Below, piece by piece: positions 26,401 to 37,926 of a DNA stretch of 64,000 nucleotides (positions are counted from its first letter, which is position 1; the number at the start of each line of letters is the position of its first letter). This DNA comes from Octopus sinensis (Eukaryota). The notes under the pieces are model-generated. The model saw only the letters and a program-made list of their open reading frames with translations. It ran no database searches and was not told the DNA's origin. The stretch covers positions 96,596,001 through 96,660,000 of the forward strand of contig NC_043000.1 in the NCBI RefSeq assembly GCF_006345805.1, given 5' to 3'. The translations under genes were made by a program, and so were the position numbers.

Positions 26401-26833
26401 CTTTAGACATGGGTGTGCACCTTCGCCGGTTTGTGCAAGATGTAAGAGGGACAGTGAAACTGTCCTGCACGCGATTGTGCAATGCCCCAAGGTGACTGAA
26501 CTCTGGACTTATGTCGAACACCTGCTGTCGCATTCGAGAAGAGTACAACTGTCGAGCGAATCTGTAATTAAGATAGTTCCGCCGACCTTCCTGAATAGGG
26601 AGGAGCGAGCCTGTTTTCTTTCGGTAGTTGCTATGGCGAAAGAAGTAGTGTGGAAGACGAGAGTAAAAGGAATTGCAACAGGCATGTTTATCTCCAGTCT
26701 CGAGCTAATCGACTTTTTCGTTTTCCACATGAAACGGAAAATAAGGCTGGAGAAGAAATGCCTGTCGCAAAGTGTGTTTCGTAAAAGATGGAAGTCTATA
26801 GCAAGTATGTTGCGAGTGAAAGAACCTATCTAA
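23419..26833 (+). pseudogene. Tx1 copy 1 ORF2 (APE-RT), disrupted
   Basis: APE motifs CINIRG, VITES, LLGDFN, SYIDRI, SDHKLV; RT motifs KSPGLDG, PITLLN, LDQSKAFDRV, RQGCPLSP, YADD (25482-25493); C-terminal CARC..ETVLHAIVQC. In-frame TAA at 24322-24324 and frameshifts near 25260 and 25913. Confidence 0.9.
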
Positions 26834-27047
26834 TCGAGAATGTAAAAAAGGATAAAGCAAAGTCTTCAGTGTGAGTATGTGGTTTGTGGGGTCGACCGCG
26901 TCCTCCGCTTCATTTTTTGTTAATCACTCATTCTCATTTAATTGTATATATATTAATTGTTTGTTTATTCATGTTTCGTCTCATTCGATACCCTGACCCC
27001 AACGTTTGTTTTGTCCCCTCTTTTTCTCAACCTTATGGTGAATAAAG

Positions 27048-27096
<49 letters not shown>

Positions 27097-27193
27097 GTCT
27101 GTCTGTCTGTCTGTCTAGCTAGCCACACACTCATATACACACTCTCACACACACACATCCATCCATACATCCATACATACATACATACATACA

Positions 27194-27226
<33 letters not shown>

Positions 27227-29569
27227 GCTTTCGTTTGCACGCACTCGAGTGCGCACGCATACACATTTTTTAAAATTAGTAACTCCAAGTTTCACGCTAT
27301 CTATATTCGTACTCGTATCATCATTACGATTCATTTCCGCTACAAAAACAAATGCGTGGGAGATATCTCATAGATGTCTATATAACATTAATAAATGAAC
27401 ATCTCTCTTTACTGTAGATATCGTACAGCAAAGAGATATTAGCAAGAGAGATACCCCCATACGAATTATCCACATATGGGATATCCATAGACGAGATAAT
27501 TAGAGATGAAATATCCACAAATGAGGTATTCAGAGAGGAGCTATCCAAAGATTTCATAATTACATATGTATTACAGTTCTGTATTTAAGAAACGAGGAAT
27601 TATTTACATTATTTACATTATTTACATTTGACGGATATTTATCCTCATCTTGTTTATTCTTAACACAACGTTTCGGCTGATATACCCCCAAGATATATAC
27701 CCACAAGTTATACGATCTCTATTGATCGTTTTTTTACCTCTTCCCCTTTTTTCCCCCTTTTTTCTTCTTTTTTCATTTCTCTTTTCTTTTGTTCCTTTTC
27801 CTTTTCTTCTTTTTTTAAAATTTATTTTATTTTTTTTTTGTTCTTCTTTTTCCCTTTTACAATTGATAATCTACGCCAGCTTTTTTTTTGTTTCTTTTGT
27901 TTTTTGTTTTTTTTTCATCCCCCAAAAGAAAAGCTCTACCTTGTAACTTGTCCCATCTGTGTGCAGCCCTGTGTGGCCAATAAAGAAACTTATATGTATA
28001 ATTCTAGTCGTAAAAGTGGGAGATTCGAAGCGACCTCATAAGTGAAATAAACCAGGGCCTCTTCTTACCTAAATTCGGCCCTGGTTTCTATCCTTACTAA
28101 CTCATTGTAAAAAAACAACAACCCCTCCCATAGGTTATTTATCCGTTCTTTTGGCAATGCGACCTCAGACCAGTGCAGCTGGAATCTATATAGGAGGGAG
28201 TAGATGAGGTCAACACAATGCAATTGAGAATCTCAGTATTTGGATTTTCTTCTAAGAAGAACCCTTTTATTTTTCCGCTGATAGTAGGTGGGATTTGAAC
28301 TCAGAATATAGGGATCCGAAATAGATACTGCTAGATACTACTAGATTCCACGAATCTTCTCTGTATTGTTATTTTGAGAATATAAAGATGAAGTTAACTT
28401 AGGCGTGATTTGAACTCACAAAGCAAAGAGGCGAAATAAATAACCCAAGTTAACGACTGTGTCAGTTGAACACACCCACACTCGGTCGCGCGCGCAGGGA
28501 GTTATATTACAGGAGACTTGGGATAAAATAATCTAGGCGCTTGCCTAGGGAAGAAGTGCTTCTACGGACAATGACTAAATGGGGAAAAGACCCCCAATAA
28601 GCTGGTAACCCACAAATTATTGTTGAGTATAAAATAATAAACACTGAAGAGCGGAGTTTGCGTTATTATTTTTGTTTCATAGTTTACAATTATTTCTACA
28701 AATTCATTTTGACTTATCTTCAATCATGTTTATAAACGTGACCGCTGTGCCGTCCACTATAAACATTGATTAATGTCCTATATTTAAGCGGTAGACAAAC
28801 ACTTCAGCATATTATTTTTTGTAGAGAGTTGCGAGGGATCATTTCTATGAACGGGGTATCTATACAACGGATATGACTACATCATTAATTGTGGAGTCGT
28901 TTAAAAACACGATGCAAGATTAAGTCAACATGGAATTTTTGAAACAATCATAAATTGTTCTATATTTTAGAGATGAGGAATTCTGTACAATATTTACATT
29001 TTTTACATTGGACGGATATTTGTCCTCATCTTGTTTGTTGCTACCACAAAATTTCGGCTGATTTGCTCTCCAGCCTTCATCAGGTGTCCTGGTAGAAATT
29101 TGAATCCAACCCTAGGTTCTAAGGTGCCACGCAGTGTGAATGAACCCGAAACTATGTGGCTGGTATGGCTTGTCAGGGAGTCACCATTGTTTTCGCGCCT
29201 TTTACGTTCTTAGCAGTGGGAGACGTCTATATTGCTAAGAGTATAAAAAGTGTGAAACCAATGGTAACGTCCTGACTGGTCGTAAATCACAACTACATTA
29301 GATATTACTACGATATATCTAAAAAACCATTTACTTGTCTCAGTCATTCGACATATTCTATCGGTTAATTTCGTCGAACTTCTAAGTTGCGGGGATGGAA
29401 AGGAAGTCAACAAGCGGTTGTCTGGGACAAGCACGAAGCTAGCCCCCTCCGGCCCACAAACACGTATATACGACGGGCTTTTTTCAGTTTCCATTTTCCA
29501 AATCTATTTGACCTAGTGACCAGGCAGCAAACTTCTTGTCACACAGTCACTCCTACGCCTATATATATA

Positions 29570-29698
<129 letters not shown>

Positions 29699-29951
29699 CA
29701 CGTCCCCGTAGCTTAGCGTTTTGGAAAAAGAAACCGATAGAATAAGTGCTAGGGTTTCAAAGAGTAAGTCCTGGGGTCGATTTCTATAACTAAAAAACTT
29801 TCAAACTCTGCTTGTTGTTCTTTCACCTGTCTTCGTCGTTTGTTTTCTGTAAATTTGAACTACACACACACACACACGCACACACACACACACACACTCA
29901 CACACACACACACACTCACACACACACTCACACACACACATGCGCACACAT

Positions 29952-29983
<32 letters not shown>

Positions 29984-30372
29984 GTAAAAGATTAATGAGT
30001 GCGTGCGTTACATAAATAATATCTTCAGGATTAAATAAAAAGACAACAAACGGAAAATATGACATATCTATATATATATAATTAAAATAAACGTATAGTA
30101 AATAAATAAACGAACACATACTAAATGCACAGGCGAACAGAAAACACACAAGATCACAAATTCTTCATCAGTTATCAGCAAGAGGAGTCAAACGCAATTT
30201 CGGGCATTATCGATAATATTGTTTCTTTCGCTGTTCGCAAAAAAGTTCGTATTCCATATTTTCGTATTTCGTATTTCATGTTGTTTACCTTCTGTGACAT
30301 CCTGTACCCATATATGCATATGTATATACATATATATGTAAGTATATACATACACACATACATACATACATG

Positions 30373-30429
<57 letters not shown>

Positions 30430-30640
30430 CATTATCTATAAACATTACAATTGTTTCGACACATTTTTACACTTGTTCATTGGTGAGATGTTGTGTAATC
30501 ATTATCACCAATTCAAGGTGTGAAATGCACCTTCTTTGAGTAAGACTTTAAACGAGCTTTATATAGCATACCACAAGGGTTTTACCCGTATGTGTGTATA
30601 TGTATAAAAGCGGAGCAAGAGTACACACGAAGACGGAAAG

Positions 30641-30684
30641 TGTCGCTGAAGAGTCACAGAGGTGTGACGAAAGATTTCCGGACG
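30641..30684 (+). ncRNA. Minimal type I hammerhead ribozyme in PLE-like repeat
   Basis: TGTCG-CTGAAGA-GTCAC agaggt GTGAC-GAAA-GATT-TC-CGGACG; intact core and stem II. Confidence 0.6.
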
Positions 30685-31438
30685 ATAAACATAAATTAGA
30701 ATAAGAACAGTAATAAATGAATGAAAAGGGAATTATATAGTGCGCCTGTTTATTTGGCAAAAAGAGGAAGAAAATAACTCGAAATACAACAATAGCTGTT
30801 TCAACGCACGGTTTCACATCAAGAATCTTGCAGCACATATATATAAAAGGATATATTTACAGAAAACAACAAAAGACGAAGACAGGTGCAGGAATAACAA
30901 GCAGGTGCATTAGTTTGACTGAATATATATAGAGAATACCAAACGAGTTCCCTATGGATACCGTATTTATTACGAGTGACTTGTAAACGTATCTAACGAG
31001 CGAAAGCGAGTTAGATACGTTTACAAGCCACATATGTTAGATACCAAAAATATCTCAAAGTGTTCTCACTCACATGTGTGTAATAAATATATATATATAT
31101 ATAAATATATATATATATAATGTAAAGTATAGAAGCCATCTTATCATGGCTAACCACATTGGCGATTACTGTTTCAATCTCATTCTGAGATTTAATTATG
31201 TTATATATATATATAAATATATAAATATAAATATATATATATAAATTAGAAAAAAAAACACCTTTTATCAATTCATGATATATACGATTTATTTATTATT
31301 TTGCACATTACTTAATCATCGGTATATTATTGTTATTTTATATTTAATATTTCTATTATATGTAATTTTCTATATGGTGTAATTTAATTGTTCATTTTGA
31401 ATTGATAAAAGGTGTTTTTTTCTAATTTTATATATATA

Positions 31439-34400
31439 CTAGCAGTATCGCCCGGCGTTGCTCGGGTTTGTAAGGGAAATAACTATATAAGCATTTTTAG
31501 AGAGTTACTTCCCTTATAGATGCCAATTCCGGCTTTCTTAGCCATTTCTGTTTTGGTGTCTTCAAGCCATGAAGTCGTTGTTCTAAAAGAACGCTGGTCT
31601 CCTTGACAACGCATTACGACGTTGATTTCTTTACACTCATTTCCCCACAGCTTCACGAGGGAGGGAAGAAGGGGGAGAAGCAAACAGGTGCAGCTGTGAG
31701 CGTGGACGCCAACTCCGCCGCCATTGACACACGAAAAATTATGCATTAAAATGGAATAAAAAATTATGTTAAATTATTTTAAAAATCGTAGACTCATCGT
31801 TGAAGCGCTAATAGCCAGACGGGCTCGATATGAATCACGACTATAAGATACCCGAATTTGGTTAAACTGCACCGCAAAATGTGGGAGGAGTTAGGAATCT
31901 AAATCGAAGGGGACAGACACTCACACAACTAGATTTATATATATAGACTAGCAGTATCGCCCGGCGTTGCTCGGGTTTGTAAGGGAAATAACTATATAAG
32001 CATTTTTAGAGAGTTACTTCCTTTATAGATGCCAATTCGGGCTTTCTTAGCCATTTCTGTTTTGGTGTCTTCAAGCCATGAAGTCGTTGTTCTTAAAGAA
32101 CGCTGGTCTCCTTGACAACGCATTACGACGTTGATTTCTTTACACTCCCTTCCCCACAGCTTCACGAGGGAGGGAAGAAGGGGGAGAAGCAAACACAGGT
32201 GCAGGTGTTTGAGCATGGACGCCAACTCCGCCGTCATCGACACACGAAAAATTATGCGTTAAAATGGAATAAAAAATTATGTTAAATTATTTTTAAAATC
32301 GTAGACTCATCGTAGACGCGCGCTAATAGCCAGACGGGCTCGATATTAATCACGACTATAAGATACCCGAATTTGGTTAAACTGCACCGCAAAATGTGGG
32401 AGGAGTTAGGAATCTAAATCGTAGGAGACAGACACTCACACAACTACAGTTTTATATATATAGACTAGCAGTATCGCCCGGCGTTGCTCGGGTTTGTAAG
32501 GGAAATAACTATATAAGCATTTTTAGAGAGTTATAGCAAAAAAATGCATTAAAACTGGAATAAAAAATGATGGTAATTTTTTTTTAAATCGTTGACTCAT
32601 CGTAGACATTTTTAGAGAGTTACTTCCCTTATATAATAGCGAAAAAATGCATTAAAATGGAAAAAATGTTGGTAAATTTTTTTTTAAATCGTAGACTCAT
32701 CGTAGACACGCGCTAATACCCAGAAGGGCTCGATATGAATCACGACTATAAGATGCCCGGTTTTGGTTAAACTGCACCGCAAAATGTGGGAGTAGTTAAG
32801 AATCTAAATCGTAGGAGACAGACACTCACACAACTACAGTTTTATATATATAGACTAGCAGTATCGCCCGGCGTTGCTCGGGTTTGTAAGGGAAATAACT
32901 ATATAAGCATTTTTAGAGAGTTACTTCCCTTATAAATTCGGGCTTTCTTAGCCATTTTTGTTTTGGTGTCTTCAAGCCATGAAGTCGTTGTTCTAAAAGA
33001 ACGCTGGTTTCCTTCACAACGCATTACGACGTTGATTTCTTTACACTCCCTTCCCCACAGCTTCACGAGGGAGGGAAGGGGGAGAAGCAAACAGGTGCAG
33101 CTGTGAGCGTGGACGCCAACTCCGCCGCCATCGACATACGATGCATATTATGCATTAAAATGGAATAAAAAATGATGTTAAATTATTTTTAAAATCGTAG
33201 ACTCATCGTTGACGCGCGCTAATAGTCAGACGGGCTCGATATGAATCACGACTATAAGATACCCGAATTTGGTTAAACTGCACCGCAAAATGTGGGAGGA
33301 GTTAGGAATCTAAATCGAAGGGGACAGACACTCACACAACTAGAGTTTTATATATATAGATATATGGTCTTATGCTATATGCGCACATATATGTGCGTGC
33401 GCGAAAGTGTGACTGCGCATGCGCGAACGTGTGACTGCGCATGCGCGAAAGTGTGACTGCGCATGCGCGAAAGTGTGACTGCGCATGCGCGAGAGTGTGA
33501 CTGCGCAGCGCGAAAGTGTGACTGCGCATGCGCGACCGTTGGCGTGTGCGAACATTTGACTGTGCATGCGCGAAAGTGTGACTGCGCATGCGCGAAAGTG
33601 TGCGTGCGCATGCGCATGCGCATGCGCATGCGCATGCGCGAAAGTGTGACTGCACATGCGCGAAAGTGTGACTGCGCATGCGCGAGAGTGTGACTGCGCA
33701 TGCGCGAAAGTGTGACTGCGCATGCGCGAACGTGTGGGAAGAAGGGGGAGAAGCAACACAGGTGCAGGTGTGACCATGGACGCCAACTCCGCCGCCATCG
33801 ACACACGAAAAAATATGCGTTAAAATGGAAAAAAATGATGTTAAATTATTTTTTAAATCGTAGACTCATCGTAGACACGCGCTAATACCCAGACGGGCTC
33901 GATATGAATCACGACTATAAGATACCCGAATTTGGTTAAACTGCACCGCAAAATGTGGGAGGAGTTAGGAATCTAAATCGTAGGAGACAGACACTCACAC
34001 AACTACAGTTTTATATATATACTAGCAGTATCGCCCGGCGTTGCTCGGGTTTGTAAGGGAAATAACTATATAAGCATTGTTAGAGAGTTACTTCCCTTAT
34101 AGATGCCAATTCGGGCTTTCTTAGCCATTTCTGTTTTGGTGTATTCAAGCCATGAAGTCGTTATTCTAAAAGAACGCTGGTCTCCTTGACAACGCTTTAC
34201 GACGTTGATTTCCTTACACTCCCTTCCCCACAGCTTCACGAGGGAGGGAAGAAGGGGGAGAAGCAAACAGGTACAAATCCGAGCAACGCCGGGCGATACT
34301 TCTAGTCTTTATATATAAAAGTTAAGTTGTGTGTCTGTCTCCTACGATTTAGATTCCTAACTACTCCCTCATTTTGCGGTGCAGTGTAACCAAAAGCGGT

Positions 34401-34699
34401 TCTTATAGTCGTGATTCATATCGAGCCCTTCTGGGTATTAGCGCACGTCTACGATGAGTTTACGATTAAAAAAAAAATTTACCATAATTTTTTCCGCATT
34501 GTTAATGCATTTTCGCTCGGTTTATATAAGGGAAGTAACTCTCTAAAAATGTATTATTAAATCTCAGAATGTAAAAAGCTACAGTAACACCCCCCTTTGT
34601 GGTTAGCCATATGGAGATGGCTATTATACTTTACATCTCTAAAAATGCTTATATAGTTATTTCCCTTACAAACCCGAGCAACGCCGGGCGACACTGCTA

Positions 34700-34700
<1 letters not shown>
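31439..34700. mobile_element. Tandem array of non-autonomous Helitron units
   Basis: Minus-strand units 31439-31947, 31948-32464, 32465-32854, 32855-33360, 33361-34021, 34022-~34272; plus-strand 3' stub ~34273-34305 and full copy 34306-34700. Confidence 0.88.
33394..33735. repeat. 22-bp CpG-rich minisatellite inside a Helitron unit
   Basis: (GCGCGAAAGTGTGACTGCGCAT)n with an embedded (GCGCAT)n run. Confidence 0.9.
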
Positions 34701-34747
<47 letters not shown>

Positions 34748-34965
34748 CAATAATAAATCTCTGAGCGAGATATAAACAGTAACTGCTCTATAACATAAGG
34801 GGGATCAGCCATCTGAATGTGGCTAGGGACAGGGCGGGGTAGTGGGGGTGTTACTGATGCATTTAGCCCCAGGCGATCATCAACGTCACCAGAAGGGCTG
34901 ACACCATCTCGGTGTCCTTGCCAGCCTGCAAAGGGAGATCAGCCTCCCCGAAGATACGGATACTA

Positions 34966-35008
34966 CATACGGACCGGTTTCGAGGTATTTGCCTCTTATC
35001 AACGCATG
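34966..35008 (-). ncRNA. Minimal type I hammerhead ribozyme, inverted copy
   Basis: Reverse complement of 35284-35326. Confidence 0.75.
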
Positions 35009-35283
35009 GTAAGCACCGTTCTTCGTTGAGGGACTTCCTCTACAGGCGTTGATGATCGCCTGGGGCTAAATGCATCAGTAACACCCCCACTACCCCGCCC
35101 TGTACCTAGCCACATTCAGATGGCTGATCCCCCTTATGTTATAGAGTAGTTACTGTTTATATCTCGCTCAGAGATTTATTATTGTTGTCGAACGGTTTTT
35201 CTACATCAGTGACTGTGGTTACTGTGAAAATCCATATATATCCAGCCTGTAGAGGAAGTCCCTCAACGAAGAACGGTGCTTAC

Positions 35284-35326
35284 CATGCGTTGATAAGAGG
35301 CAAATACCTCGAAACCGGTCCGTATG
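35284..35326 (+). ncRNA. Minimal type I hammerhead ribozyme (U3-A8 core variant)
   Basis: CATGCG-TTGATAA-GAGG caaata CCTC-GAAA-CCGG-TC-CGTATG: stems I and II pair, palindromic stem III (ACCGGT), GUC cleavage triplet. Confidence 0.75.
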
Positions 35327-35498
35327 TAGTATCCGTATCTTCGGGGAGGCTGATCTCCCTTTGCAGGCTGGCAAGGACACCGAGATGGTGTCAGCCCTTC
35401 TGGTGACGTTGATGATCGCCTGGGGCTAAATGCATCAGTAACACCCCCACTACCCCGCCCTGTCCCTAGCCACATTCAGATGGCTGATCCCCCTTATG

Positions 35499-35566
<68 letters not shown>

Positions 35567-35831
35567 TCTTTTATTCTTTTATTTGTTACAGGCGTGACTG
35601 TGTTGTAAGCCGTTCCGGGTTCAGTCCAGCTGCGTGGCTCTTTGAGCGGGTGTTTCTACTATAGCCCTGGGTCGACTAAACCCTTGTGAGTAGATTTGGT
35701 TGACGGAATCTGAAAAAAGCTCGTCATATATGTGTTTATCAATATTTAGCAGAAGCAACAGAGTGACTCAAGGGGCGAGAGTTTCGTTCATTGACACTTG
35801 TCAAACTACACAGACACACACAAACACACAC

Positions 35832-35893
<62 letters not shown>

Positions 35894-36173
35894 TATGCAT
35901 GAGTGGCTGTGTGGTAAGTAGCCTGCTTACCAACCACATGGTTCTGGGTTCAGCCCCATTGCGTGACGCCTTGGTCTTCTACTAGAGCCTCAGGCCAACC
36001 AAAGCCTTGTGAGTGAATTTGGTAGACGGAAACTGTGTGTGTGTTTGTGTTTGTCCCCCCGATGGTGGCATGTATATACATAATATTATTGTTCTTTCTT
36101 GCGAAATATATAGAATTACTTTAAAGAAGTGTTCGGGTCGAAACAAGTAAAAGAATAAAAGAAAGAAAAGAAA

Positions 36174-36230
<57 letters not shown>

Positions 36231-36295
36231 TTTTTACTTTTATATACATATTTATATTTATTGCATATCTTTTACTTATTTATATTTATATATAA

Positions 36296-37635
36296 CTAGC
36301 AGAGATACCCGGCGTTGCCCGATTACATTCAATTGGAGAATTAGACTTTTCTGTTATATCTTCTGTGATGAACTGGAATATCTATGTTTCGAATTTCATC
36401 AAAATTGCAGATGAGGGTTATTTCAATCTTTACACACCCTAAAAAATTGTAATCGTGCCACATGTATCCCATAATCCTGATTTTTATGCGCATATTCCAA
36501 AATTCCAGCCTTATTTAACTTGTTAAAAAGATTTTGTTCCTGAACAATGAAGGTCATGGAGCTCTAAAATGTGAGAGTTAAGGCCCCTGTTGGGGGTGGG
36601 CATCTTAATGTCAACCAGAGAAGTTGAATTGTTGAAAATCTTTTTAACTTGGGTCTTATATCTATTGTTTGAATTTCCTTGAAATAGGAAATATATGTTC
36701 ATTGGGTTTGTAAAAGAGAGCAAAGCTACAGGAAACCAAAAGACGAATGATCACAATAAGCAGTCAGTTACCCTACCCTAGTCGTTACCACTCCTAATGT
36801 AGGATTCCTCACCATCCAGATGACAGGCACAGCCGTAAGATGCATTACGAATCTATAGCAATTGGAAGGGCGTGACCCAACTGAAATCAACATTAACAAC
36901 TGTTTGACGTGAGAGTTAAGGAGAAATGAAAGTGTCACCTCTGTAGTTTGCAAATGACCACTATACTGATACGTAACTGGACAGAATAAATTTAAAATCT
37001 ATAAATGTCTTCGAATAACCAGTCACTCATCTGGGAAGGCCTTGAAATCAATGTTACCATCTGGGGACTATGTGTGACCGAGTGATAATAAAAAGACTGA
37101 AAGGAGGTCTGCAATCAAATAAATTTTACTCTTCACTTTGCAACTGAATCAGTGGAGGCAAAGATGCCTCTCATTTACTTGACAATTTATGCAGCACATT
37201 GCAGAAATCACAGTGTAAGTGTATGTCAAAGCAAACTGTTACACTGTTGTACCATTGAATTACAAATAATGCTCATCTTTTATGCTCGGGTAACCCTACA
37301 GCTTCCAAGAGCACAACTGTATTCATTTTTGCTTAGATAAAATGACAAAATTGTAGATGTTAAGTCCCCATGGAGGGGTCTTTCTAACTTTGTAAGATGA
37401 AATTTTATAGATATTACTTCATTTGTGTCTAATGTCTATGGTTAAAATTTCAGCAACAGCAAAAATATATGAATTGTCATGGGCGTTATGGCCCTTATGC
37501 ATAGAATATAATTTCCAAATTTCATAAAGATCCATTCAGTACTTTTGACCAAGTTTTGGATCATAAAAGAAATTACTAAAATTTGGGATTTAAGGCTCCC
37601 ATTAGGGTGTTTTATATATATATATATATATAGAT
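36296..37635 (-). mobile_element. Helitron-like element, third family
   Basis: Minus-strand 3' end CGGGCAACGCCGGGTATCTCTGCTAG|T; putative TCTATATATA 5' end near 37635 (extent uncertain). Confidence 0.45.
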
Positions 37636-37926
37636 ACACACACACATGCACACATACAAAGATAAATTGATAGATACAACTGAGTGAGCAAACAAAAATA
37701 TGAGACACAGCCTAGTGCTTTTTTATGTTGATAAGCCTAGTACTTACTCTATTAGTTTGTTCTTGTGAAACCAGTAAGTTATGTGGATGTAAATAAGTGA
37801 ACAGCAGTTGTGAAGCAGTGATGAGGGCGAAACACAGAGACAAAGACACACACATACACTTACATATATACATACATATATATACGATTTATTTGTTACA
37901 GTTCCTGTCTACGAAATCCATATATA

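Larger units (their letters stand above)
21622..27052 (+). mobile_element. Near full-length Tx1/L1-clade non-LTR retrotransposon (copy 1) inside a (TC)n microsatellite
   Basis: 5'UTR, ORF1 with CCHC knuckle, ORF2 with APE endonuclease, RT and C-terminal Cys/His motif, 3'UTR ending AATAAAGAAATA; (CT)n on both flanks. Confidence 0.9.
34746..35503. mobile_element. Fold-back, hammerhead-containing non-autonomous element (retrozyme/PLE-like) in (TA)n
   Basis: Inverted pairs 34746-34885/35047-35186 and 34789-35047/35245-35503; direct repeat with 360-bp period; hammerhead on each strand. Confidence 0.75.
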
